From positions 1 through 22,697 of the forward strand of contig NW_021836748.1 in the NCBI RefSeq assembly GCF_006345805.1: a stretch of 22,697 bases of DNA. The letters are read 5' to 3'. Position numbers and translations under genes: made by a program. Under the pieces are notes generated by a model, which had not been told where the DNA came from, ran no database searches, and saw only the letters and a list, made by a program, of their open reading frames with translations. Shown here piece by piece: positions 1 through 10,534 of this stretch (the first letter of the stretch is position 1; every line of letters starts with the position of its first letter). The stretch is from Octopus sinensis. Lineage: Eukaryota.

Positions 1-165
1 GTATATATATAGAGTATGTATTGTATGTATGTATATGATATATCTGTATTATATATATTTATATATATATATGTATAATGGATGTATGTATGTAGGTATG
101 ATATGTATGTATGTATGTATAGTATGTATGTATAGTAGTCGTATATATATATGTTATATATATAA
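1..165. repeat. Compound (TA)n/(TATG)n microsatellite
   Basis: Seen directly in the sequence. Confidence 0.9.
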
Positions 166-276
166 TGTACTGACCCGTGATAGAAAATCCGACAAACAAG
201 TACTCCATCTGGTGAGAGAAATGCTGCCTTCTTAATTTTCTTTTGCATTTCTTCCATTATTCAATTTTGCTTTTAG

Positions 277-285
277 TTCGCGATG
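277..285 (+). other. Candidate 9-nt microexon (TTCGCGATG)
   Basis: No AG between 219 and 274. Pyrimidine tract ending ttttgcttttAG (AG 275-276), branch-like cttaat at 231-236, donor ATG|gtatgt (286-291). Length is a multiple of 3. No host gene identified. Confidence 0.3.
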
Positions 286-525
286 GTATGTGGTTTGTTC
301 CTGAAGAATATGCTTTAGTATTTCTCAACATATGAAACGATTTGTAGGACTTAAATACATGTATTATGCCCTTTAAATAAATAAAATTACATATAGCAAA
401 TAGATGTGTTACAATACTATTCAACATATACAAAAACAGCCATACCAACAATCCAGCATACCTCCATCATCAGCTGCCCCACGGATATCAATATAGTTTC
501 GACACCTGGATATATATATATCTCA

Positions 526-592
<67 letters not shown>

Positions 593-593
<1 letters not shown>

Positions 594-652
594 GATTGAT
601 TGATTGATTGATTCTAGTTTCAGCTTATGAGCTGTGGCCATGCTGGGGCACC

Positions 653-655
<3 letters not shown>
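593..655 (-). mobile_element. Short 3'-end stub of a retroposon (SINE/LINE tail) with an (AATC)n tail
   Basis: Minus strand reads ggcggtgccccagcatggccacagctcataagctgaaactag followed by (aatc)n. A shorter second copy with the same junction lies at 15368-15401. Family assignment is inference. Confidence 0.55.
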
Positions 656-693
<38 letters not shown>

Positions 694-729
694 ATACACA
701 CACGCACACATTTGTGTGTGTGTGTATGT

Positions 730-1140
730 AATGTGGTCGACCAGACTATTGGATGTGTTATATATCGCTGGTCACAATATACTTTGTATTGTGTTAGTTT
801 TCGGATAATGCCACTCCACTGGCTAGGCAAGCAGGCCAACATCCCTCCTGATTGGAAGAATAGTCCGTTGCAGGGAATCAATACCATACCTTTGCTTGTC
901 AGTTGTTTGACCTGAACCAGTTGAGCATGTCCCTTTGTGGCAGATCATATCTGATCACGAGCAGGTATAGTGGGGGAAAACCTCATAGTCACGTGTTGAG
1001 AGGGATTCTTTTGGATTTGAATAATTCACCCCTAGGAACATGGGTGTTTCGTTCGCCATTCTTAAACATCCGTTACTCAGGGAGCTTTTGAGCAGGATGG
1101 GCTACTCGACCTGCAGTAAACCCTAAGTCCCACCAGCAAG
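730..1140. repeat. Probable interspersed repeat, unclassified
   Basis: Higher-complexity island between microsatellites that resembles cephalopod repeats from memory only. No second copy in the window and no pol III boxes found. Confidence 0.3.
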
Positions 1141-1149
1141 GTCATGTGT

Positions 1150-1394
1150 GAAGAAACGGAGAAACATTCAAAATACAAAGATCTGGAAATAGAAGTTACT
1201 AGAATGTGGAGTCTAAAAACAGAAACAATTCCTATCATAGTAGGAGCATTAGGTATGAAAAAAAAAATTCAGGCAAATAACACTTTCAATACAATAAAAA
1301 TAAGAGCACCACAACAAACCATAACACATACCCAAGGCTCACAGAGCTGCACTCGGTAGTGCAGTGAAAGCACTTGATTAAAATAAGACTACTG
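1150..1394 (+). mobile_element. 3' fragment of an RLE-type (R4/Dong-like) LINE, family A copy 1
   Basis: Encodes KHSKYKDLEIEVTRMWSLKTETIPIIVGALGM (end of the restriction-like endonuclease domain). The 3' UTR ends ...actactga followed by (aat)n. Clearly homologous to the minus-strand copy at 19432-19750, with an internal deletion of roughly 75 nt. Confidence 0.85.
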
Positions 1395-1689
<295 letters not shown>

Positions 1690-1916
1690 AAATGAAGATG
1701 GCTAAGATTATGCCAATTATTGTTGGGACAGTATCAGAAAGCATCATGAGGAACACTATGGAGTAAATCGGAATCGGGTGCTCAGAAGAACTGTTGCAAA
1801 AGGTTTGCTTCCTTGGCTCGGCTATAGCATGGTACCATAGGCAGCAGGTAGTAAGCTCGCTACGCATGCAGGACTCTAAAGGTTCCAATACGACCTGAGA
1901 TAAAAAAAAAACGAAA
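1690..1916 (+). mobile_element. 3' fragment of a second RLE-type LINE family (B), degraded
   Basis: Translates to IMPIIVGTVSESIMRNTME*IGIGCSEELLQKVCFLGSA, resembling the PIIVGALG...LQKxxLLGTA C-terminus of the other copies. Followed by aataatgatgat. Confidence 0.55.
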
Positions 1917-1937
1917 AATAATAATGATGATGATAGT

Positions 1938-2019
1938 GATTTCAAATTTTGGCACAAGGCCAGCAATTTCGAGGGAGAAGATAAGTCGATTACACCGATG
2001 TCAGTGATCACTTGGTACA
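1938..2019 (-). mobile_element. 3' part of a tRNA-derived SINE, interrupted by the Helitron
   Basis: ggcacaaggccagcaattt...aagtcgattacaccga...ggtac matches the 3' half of the SINE at 5779-6011. The sequence appears to resume as tattttat at 2418-2425. Confidence 0.7.
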
Positions 2020-2417
2020 TCTTTATATATAAAAGTGAGGTTGTGTGCTGTCTGTCTCTTACGATTTAGATTCCTAACTACTCCCACATTTTGCGGTACA
2101 GTTTAACCAAAACCGGGTATCTTATAGTCGTGATTCATATCGAGCCCTTCTGGGTATTAGCGCGCGTCTACGATGAGTCTACGATTTAAAAAAAAATTTA
2201 CCATCATTTTTTTCTATTTTAATGCATTTTTTCGCTATTATATAAGGGAAGTAACTCTCTAAAATGTCTACGATGAGTCAACGATTTAAAAAAATTTACC
2301 ATCATTTTTTTTCCATTTTTAATGCATTTTTTTGTTATTTTTTGGCTATAGCTCTCTAAAAATGCTTATATAGTTATTTCCCTTACAAACCCGAGCAACG
2401 CCGGGCGATACTGCTAG
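2020..2417 (+). mobile_element. Non-autonomous Helitron-like element
   Basis: 5' A|TC (2020-2021), GC hairpin cccgagcaacgccggg (2390-2405), 3' CTAG|T (2414-2417), no TSD. These are established Helitron hallmarks. Internal 100-bp tandem duplication at 2166-2265 and 2266-~2364. Confidence 0.8.
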
Positions 2418-2761
2418 TATTTTATGAAAAGCAAACTGGACGTTGGTGGTGCTCGAGAACAATAATGAATAGAAAAACAACACAGCTTCTCAGACGTATT
2501 ATCTTCTTAACGCTATTAAACCAGAAAGCAACGATGATGACCCAAACGTGTCAACGAGGTTAGTACAATGGCAGAGAGGGGGGAAAGCGGGAGGCTGGGT
2601 GTATAGGCGGCGAGATAATGAATTCATTTCTTAAAATAAAGATTTCTTGGGTCTCAACTTTCTAGGGCATCGTCGGCTTTGTACTTCCTATTTCAGGTGA
2701 CAACAGTAGATTCCGCCCTACTTCAGGTGTACATCAGATACAGTCTCATAAAAAACAAGTG

Positions 2762-2770
2762 CGCACACAC

Positions 2771-2807
<37 letters not shown>

Positions 2808-2910
2808 ACGCACACACACAAACACACACACACATATAGATGTACAAACACACATGTATATAGATAATATATATATGTAGTATATGCATATATATATATA
2901 TATATATATA

Positions 2911-2956
<46 letters not shown>

Positions 2957-3152
2957 GTATGCATATATATATATTATATATTTATATGTATATATAATGT
3001 ATATATGTATATATGTATATATATATATATAAACATACATATATATATATATGTGTGAACAGCTCTGTGTTTTATGTTTCTATGTGTGTGTGCGTATATA
3101 TATATTATATATATATATATGCACACGCTCACATATATACATACACGCATGC

Positions 3153-3186
<34 letters not shown>

Positions 3187-3290
3187 ATGTATGTAGCAGG
3201 TAAATACACAAATTCATACACACGCACTCAGAGAGAGAAAGAGAGGGCGAGAGAGAGAGTGAGAGTGAGAGATATATATATATATAAAGA
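2762..3290. repeat. Compound (CA)n/(TA)n/(TG)n/(GA)n microsatellite block
   Basis: Seen directly. Confidence 0.9.
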
Positions 3291-3419
3291 GAGATGAAGA
3301 AAGACTTGGTTATATTGATAAAGATGTACTCTAAATATTCGTAAACAACACAGTAACTCTCTAACCACTGATCACCGCATTGTAATGGATATCTACGCAC
3401 AAACCACCCACAGTACACT

Positions 3420-3485
3420 CCTCCACACACACACACACACATGTGTATGCACATACAAGATATACATATATATATGTGTATATGC

Positions 3486-3521
<36 letters not shown>

Positions 3522-3621
3522 GTGTGTGAGTGTGTATGCATGTATATTTATATATATACACACACACATATATATATATGTATATATACCTACATGTATA
3601 TATGTATGTATATATACCTAC

Positions 3622-3674
<53 letters not shown>

Positions 3675-3743
3675 CTTCGCTTCGCTGGTCACATATCTCT
3701 AACCAACCTTCCTATTCCTATCGCAGCTGTCAAAATCCTGTCA

Positions 3744-3778
<35 letters not shown>

Positions 3779-3784
3779 ACACAC

Positions 3785-3820
<36 letters not shown>

Positions 3821-3845
3821 TCTCTCTCACACATACACTCACTCA
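3420..3845. repeat. Compound (CA)n/(TA)n/(TG)n block with a short unique spacer at ~3670-3745
   Basis: Seen directly. Confidence 0.85.
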
Positions 3846-4274
3846 CACACCCGCATTATTTCAAATGTGCTCATTAAAAATAACGAAACTATATCTTACA
3901 ACTAATTCGACTGGCCTTCTTCTGTATGTGTGTACGTGAATGTGCGTAAGAGTGCGGTTGTGTATTACTGTGTCTGTGTGTGTTTGTCAAACACTAATAT
4001 AATATCCATCCAGCTGTAATACAGGTGCAAAATTATTTACCTGTCTCCAATGACCACAACGCCTTTCATCTTGTCTATGACGACAACAATACCTGCATTC
4101 TCGTTCTGCATTCCGTTATTCTTATACCACGCAAGGAGCAAGGGTTTTGGTGCTTCTTTCTCGAGACCGAACTTAGTGTACTTAACTAAGGTACTAAACT
4201 AACCAACCATTAAATATGAGTAACCTTAGCAAACCTAGCTTAGTTCAGTGAAACCTACCTACGCATATAGGTGC

Positions 4275-4424
4275 ATGTATGTATGTATGTATGAATGTAT
4301 GTATGTATGTATGAATGTATGTATGTATGTATGTATGTATGTATGTATGTATGTATGTGTGTATGTATGTATGTATGTGTGTATGAATGTATGTATGTAT
4401 GTATGTATGTATGTGTCTGTCTAG

Positions 4425-4473
<49 letters not shown>

Positions 4474-4548
4474 AGTCTGTCTGTCTTTCTGTCTGTCTGC
4501 CTGTTTGTCTGCCTGTCTGTCTGTTTGTCTGTCTGTCCTTCCGTCCAC

Positions 4549-4582
<34 letters not shown>

Positions 4583-4745
4583 ATCTATCTATCCACCTAT
4601 CTAGCACTGTATCTATGTAGCTATCTGTTTATGTGCGTATCTACCTACCTACACACCTATATATCCGTCAGTCTGTCTGTCTGTCTCTCTCACTCTCTCT
4701 CGTTCTCTCTCTCTCCCCCTCTCTCTCTATCTATATGTCTGTCTA
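4275..4745. repeat. Compound tetranucleotide block (TATG)n-(TCTA)n-(TCTG)n-(CT)n
   Basis: Seen directly. Confidence 0.9.
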
Positions 4746-4919
4746 TCTGTCGGTCAGTTTCTCTGCCAGTCTATCGACCGAACTTGTTCTCCATTCGTTT
4801 AGCTATATAATAATAAAAAAGAAAAACAGCCTCTTGAATGTTTTTGGTGCTGTTTTGCTACCAAGTGCAGGTCCCTAGTTTCACATTATCCAGGGTCGTT
4901 CTTTTTCTAAAGCTTGGAA

Positions 4920-4978
4920 TTAAAGGAGATTTGACTGCTATTTCTAGCATGCCAAATGACTAAGTAGATGCTCTCTCG
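4920..4978. repeat. Diverged interspersed repeat; second copy at ~14711-14765
   Basis: taaaggagatttgactgctatttctagcatg...gactaagtaga versus taaacagatatagttgctttttctagaagg...gactgcgttga, same orientation, weak similarity. Confidence 0.3.
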
Positions 4979-5353
4979 TTTAAACCCTCATATCCTCGGG
5001 AATTTCTCGTCTCAGCATCGTGTCCTCGTATAATCATCTACTTAAGTATTATATTGTCCACATGTCTGTCTCGTTTTAATTTTAGGTTCCACATAGCAGT
5101 CACACCCGAATTCTTCTGCCCACATACACACACTACACACTCACATACACATATACCACACATACATATACACACTTACAAACATACAAACACCCAAACA
5201 CGAATACACAAAGACATACGCATCTGTCACAATGTCCTCGTTGCTCTGTGGCGTTGGTGCTTAACCTGGGCAGCAGTATTGCCCTCTTGAAGGTGTTTTA
5301 AGATCACGAGAGGGCGCAGCGGTGGGGTGTTGAATGTTTAGTTGGGTGCATTC

Positions 5354-5555
5354 GAGCTGGCAAAATCGTTAGCTCGGTGGAAGAAGTACTTCGTAGCATT
5401 TCTTCGGACGTTCTGTGTTCAAATTCCGCTGAGATCAATTTTGTCCTTCATTCCCTTGGAATCGATAAGATATGTACCAGTTGCATACTAGGGTCAATGC
5501 AATCAACCAGACCACTTGCCCACAACTTTCGGGTTTTGTGCTTAGAGTAGAAGGG
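5354..5555 (+). mobile_element. tRNA-derived SINE
   Basis: A-box-like tggcaaaatcgttag and B-box gttcaaattcc. Collinear with the reverse complement of 5779-6011, including the tail tgtgcYtagagtagaa. Confidence 0.8.
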
Positions 5556-5778
5556 ACTTCTTATAAATAAAATATTTAAACCGAAAACAATATTCCGATT
5601 TAAAAACTTAGGATCCATTCAATAGAAAATGGATGTTATTGTTTTACTGTTAAGCTTTGATTTAAAAGGCTTATGAGCAAAACAATCCAGCCATGATCAT
5701 CGCATTTAGACTGCATTATCTAAAGTATCTTTGTGGCTGTATAACCCCAGGTCAACTCTGCTCCAGTAGACCAATAAT

Positions 5779-6011
5779 TCTTTTCTACTCTAGGCACAAG
5801 GCCCAAAATTTTGGGGGAGAGAGCCAGTCGATTAGATCGACACCAGTACGCGACTGGTACGTTATTTATTGGTTATTTTCTCGACCCCGAAAGGGCGAAA
5901 GGCAAAGTCGACCTTGGTGGAATTTGAACTCAGAACATAAAGACAGACGAAACACGGCTAAGCATTTCGCCCGGTGTGCTCACGTTTCTGCCAGCTCAAC
6001 ACCTTTTAAAG
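5779..6011 (-). mobile_element. tRNA-derived SINE with a 13-bp target site duplication
   Basis: Minus strand has gagctggcagaaacgtgagc (A box) and gagttcaaattcc (B box). The direct repeat gtagaccaataat lies at 5766-5778 and 6012-6024. Confidence 0.85.
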
Positions 6012-7242
6012 GTAGACCAATAATGAAAAAAACAATGTCTCTAAAGCTATAATACCTAATATGTCCTTGTTTAATCCAGGTCAACGATTCAACACTAGAC
6101 CTATGATCAAAGACCTTCAAACCGTGAACCTCCCGTCTTTTGTTCAAACTTAGAATATCGACGACTCAAAGGTCTAATACAACATTGTTGTTTACCATCA
6201 GTGCAACATTGTTCGAACAAATGTATTCCACTCGTGACCGTCACATGTTTTTTCAGGCACAGAATGTGTAAGATGTTATTATCCAATGTCGGCTTCTGCT
6301 CTCTTAGGACTAAGGGCTTTAATCTGATGTGGCGACTCTTTCTGATTTTTCTCGTATACAGTCCAAGAATTTGTTGATGTAAAGCCAAACTGAGTCAACA
6401 CACAGACGATGAAGCAAAGTCCGCGTCACAGCGGTTCGTAAAAGGCGGGGAGGGCTTGAGTGTAAATCTGCCTACGATTTCATGAAACGGGTCTAAATAT
6501 TCCGGGAAGAAAGAGGACTAGACCTCTTAAAGCAATGGCTGAAATAGTTGAGGAGAGTCCCACCAGGATTTGGTGAATGTGGAATGAAGGTGAACTTTAG
6601 AGGGCATAACCTATGCCTACGGTAAACAAGTGTCTTGAATCGAAGTGGTTGTGACCTCAAAGGTACAATGGTATTAGGTTATCTTGACCATCTAGGAAAG
6701 TGCTGATTGCAAGAACAGGCGACAGCACAGACTGTTGCAACAGAGAGGTATCCTGAAGTCATCCCCTTGATGCAGACCAACGCCCATGCAGTGTAAAGAG
6801 GTGAAGGCCGAAACAATTGCAAGACAGGGGCTCCTCCGAAAACCTTCTCCTGTTCACCTCTCCCTAAAGTTTCTTACAATCTGAAGAAGGAAATAAATTT
6901 TGTCAAATTACACTAATTACTCATTTAATCAGAGAAGAGATTAAACAACGTAACAATGGCGAATCAATAAAGAAAGGGAATTTATAAAGAAATATCGGTC
7001 GAAATTAAATGCGTTGTAAACGAGATACATGTTTGCAAAAACCCTCTGAGCAGTGGAGGTGAAGAGGTCAGCAAAAAACATAAGGGTATGTCAATAAATG
7101 AAAGCAGAGGGCAAAACTGTCGTATTATCTTACATAGGTTGCTCAATGGTCCTATAATATTTCGGGAAAAATGTTCTACATATGTAAATAGGAAATATAT
7201 GTTTATATATGTGTGCACCTGATGTATGTGGTGTGTGTGTGT

Positions 7243-7292
<50 letters not shown>

Positions 7293-7355
7293 TGTGTGTG
7301 TACAACAATACACGTGCTGCTCTTGATGATTTTCCCCTTCTTTGGACTTCTCTGA

Positions 7356-7470
7356 TTTCCTTTCCAAGGAAGAGCTATGCTCGAAACGTCAAAGACTCTC
7401 TCTTTTTACCGAGCGTCAAACTAATGTATTAATTGTGTACGTCATCTTGTTGTTTGTTATTCTTTTTTTT
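7356..7470 (+). repeat. Penelope/retrozyme-like repeat with a degenerate minimal hammerhead motif
   Basis: cttt-ccaagga-a-gagc(tat)gctc-gaaac-gtc-aaag: stem I, decayed core, stem II, GAAAC-GTC. A related inverted copy lies at 7522-7645. Confidence 0.5.
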
Positions 7471-7521
7471 TAATGTTCGATATATTTGATTCGACTATGT
7501 ATATATTATATATAAAGCCAA

Positions 7522-7645
7522 AGTTTACGAAAATAAACAAAAGACGAAGGCAGGTGGAGTACAAACAAACAAATATATTAGTATAGCGCTCAGGAATAGA
7601 AAAAGTCTTTTACGTTTCGAGCCTACTCTCTTCGAGAGAAAGATG
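7522..7645 (-). repeat. Penelope/retrozyme-like repeat with a degenerate minimal hammerhead motif, second copy
   Basis: Minus strand reads tcttt-ctctcga-a-gagagtaggctc-gaaac-gta-aaaga, then a downstream gagcg motif and T-rich tail as in the first copy. Confidence 0.5.
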
Positions 7646-7700
7646 TATATATATATATATATACATACACATATACATGCATACGTACATACATACATAT

Positions 7701-7784
<84 letters not shown>

Positions 7785-7892
7785 TATATATAAGTGGAAC
7801 GAAAACATAATAGAGAGCATAAAAACGTTCAGACAGATAGACAACACAAAGGGGGAAGGAGAAACAATAATTAGAAGAACAGGCAAAAAAAA

Positions 7893-7932
7893 GACGGGTC
7901 ATTCTTGACTTTCTTTCATCAGTCACGTACCA
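7893..7932. repeat. 40-nt core of an interspersed repeat; second copy at 21211-21250
   Basis: gacgggtcattc...gacttt...tcagtca.g.acca occurs at both sites in the same orientation, each preceded by A-rich sequence. Confidence 0.6.
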
Positions 7933-8110
7933 AAAGTCACGACCATTTCAGACAGTTAAACTTGAGATGGTTCGATCTGGTTGTCCCTCCCTAAAAGTCT
8001 AAGCTAAGAGCATTAGAACCCCTTTGTAAGAAACTTAGCGAATGTGTACAACAAAGACGAAAAAGTAAACAAAGAAAAATGGAATGTATATATATGTATA
8101 AATGTATATC

Positions 8111-8292
<182 letters not shown>

Positions 8293-8504
8293 GGATAGAC
8301 GCAAGTCAAATGGGCTCCACGTAAGTTGGTAGTTTTCTACGTTTAAAATTGTTGATCGTCAAACATTTTATGTCTAAAAGGTGTACAGCAACACCCAACA
8401 CATACTTTCATTTACATCCACACAAAATTTCGCCCTTTGTGGGCAAAATTTTAAAAAATTCTCAAAGGCTTCGTGGTTCATTCTAGCCATTTTTACTTTC
8501 AAAA

Positions 8505-10484
8505 ATGGCTACTTGTCACCCCGAGGCCAAAGCGCCAGTCGAGCGTGACGGTGAAACAAAAGAGCAAGATTCTCTGCAACTAAACACTAAACCTGACAGG
8601 TTGAACGCCACTAACACCACCACCACCACTACCACCACCACCACCACCACCACCACCACCACCATCAGCATCAACAACAGCTACAACTACAAAACCAGGC
8701 CGTCCACCGTCACCGCCACCAATGATTCCACCATCAACACCGACACCGGCCTTGACAACGCTTTCGACGTTGATTTCCCAATTCTTCTCTCACCGCAATT
8801 TCACGAAGAAGGGGAAATGGGGAAAAACAACACGAACACAAATGTGAGCATGAACGCTAACATCCCGACCTCCACTCAAAAACTGGTAAACAACCCGACT
8901 ACTACTACTACGAACGACTCTGCCACAAACATCACCACCAACACCACGACCACCACCTCCACAAGAAACAAGACGAATTTCGCGGAAGCAGCACGACCGA
9001 AAAGAAGAATCCTAAAATTTACCCACCAACAAATACAAGACACAAAGTCCTTGCTCACCTAAGAAGGCGACACAATGCATTTAAATATTCCACGAAACAT
9101 TATAGAAGAGACACAAAAGAAGAGCATCATCTATAAAATACTCAACACCAAAACAAAAAGACTAGAGAGCCCACATATAGAAAAGATTGAGAAGTGCCTC
9201 TCTTCCGTGTGGAAATTCCGAGATTATGTAAATTGGGGAACCAAATTTGCTACCGTACAAGTTCGCTTCCATACGGAAGAACTAGCAAAAAAGTTTTCAA
9301 CGCTTACTCTGCGCACAGACCAGGTAACAATGGTATCTAGCTACCTTGGGCGCAGATTAACGAAAGTAACTATAAACAATGTGCTCCAGTAGTGGATACC
9401 CAGTGGCTGGTATCGGCCATCTGCTTCGATATAGAAGAAGCAGATACTTTAGCTGACATTCCAGAGGAAAGTTGGACTGGTAATAAGCTCCAAATATTGC
9501 TTCAAATCTCCCAAGAAGCAATAAACAATTTACCAACCAGTGTTCAACTGGCAAAAGACCAAAAATTGTATGTAGTGGTGGAGGGCAGGAGGCCAAGATG
9601 CTATTTGTGCAACAGTGAGGCACACCTTAAACATGAGTGCCCAACTGCTGTCAGAAATAGGCAACAGCAACAGCAACCACTCCCAAAACCTGGAAGAAAA
9701 CGCCTGCTACCCACACCACTTTCAACCCAAAAGACAGGAAAAACAGCGGATGACACAAAAACTGCTTCCCCTTCACCTACCACATCACCAAGAAGAGAAT
9801 TACCTTCGACATCGCAACCAACAAGAGAAACATCACCACCAACATCAAAAGACAGACCAACTCCAACACCAGCACTAAGAACAACAACCAAGAAAACAAA
9901 TAACAATGACGAAAAAACAAGTTCTGCCCCTAATACCCCAACAACGCAAACACCACACAAAACAACAACACCTTCTACAAACACACATATAGATCCAAAC
10001 GCTTTGCCTTTACCCCATTCCTATTCGTCAGACTTTTCGTCTAATGACGAAAGTTCGAGGGAGTGGCAAATAGCCACCGGGGGTAAAAGAAAAAGATAAA
10101 AAAAAACAAACAAGAAAATGCAACCAAAGCAGGGAGATATCTGAACCCTGAAAGCTCCTCACACAACCAAACCAGCACCAACACTACAAAAACCACACAA
10201 TGCTATCAGTGATAGACACCAAAGACTCAAAACTAATCAAGTACATCACAGCCCACACAAACATCTGTGAAGATGACTTCAAAACTAACAACCATCCACG
10301 CACTACACCACCCAAACACATCAAAATACTCCACATCACACAAACACAACACCACACACTCAAAGCCCTCTTTCCAAATGCGGTTGGAGGGTTCCAAAAG
10401 TATCTTTCAAAAAAACTCTATAAAAACCTCCTCCCAGACACACCAAAGGACGAGGAAGCCAAAACTTTCGACACAGTTAAGTAA
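8505..10484 (+). pseudogene. ORF1 (gag-like nucleic-acid-binding protein), disrupted
   Basis: ATG at 8505, in-frame stop at 9060-9062, frameshift near 9385-9392, further lesions near 10097-10150. Knuckle CYLCNSEAHLKHEC (C-X2-C-X4-H-X4-C) preceded by a possible RRM-like segment. Thr/Pro-rich flanks and an (ACC)n poly-Thr tract. Confidence 0.8.
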
Positions 10485-10534
10485 CTCTCTGTACTTTCCC
10501 TTTTGTGTTTTAAAGCACACACCCCAATAGAATC

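Noticed and set aside
2679-5290. Many ORFs rich in YI, HT, CV or LSIY repeats here and at 14072-16783
   Set aside because: Dinucleotide and tetranucleotide repeat artefacts.
6257-6267. AG|gcacagaatgt|gtaaga mini-exon; similar 14-nt case at 16035-16048
   Set aside because: Lengths are not multiples of 3 and there is no other support.
6100-7200. Higher-complexity unique stretch including ORF 6107-6388 (-)
   Set aside because: No recognisable motif in the frames read, and no splice-bounded open frame found.
7893-7932. CTGATGA (here) and CTGAAGA (21234-21240) on the minus strand at homologous positions, like a hammerhead core
   Set aside because: Followed by GAAT rather than GAAA, with no stem I partner or correctly placed NUH. 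A full ribozyme could not be drawn.
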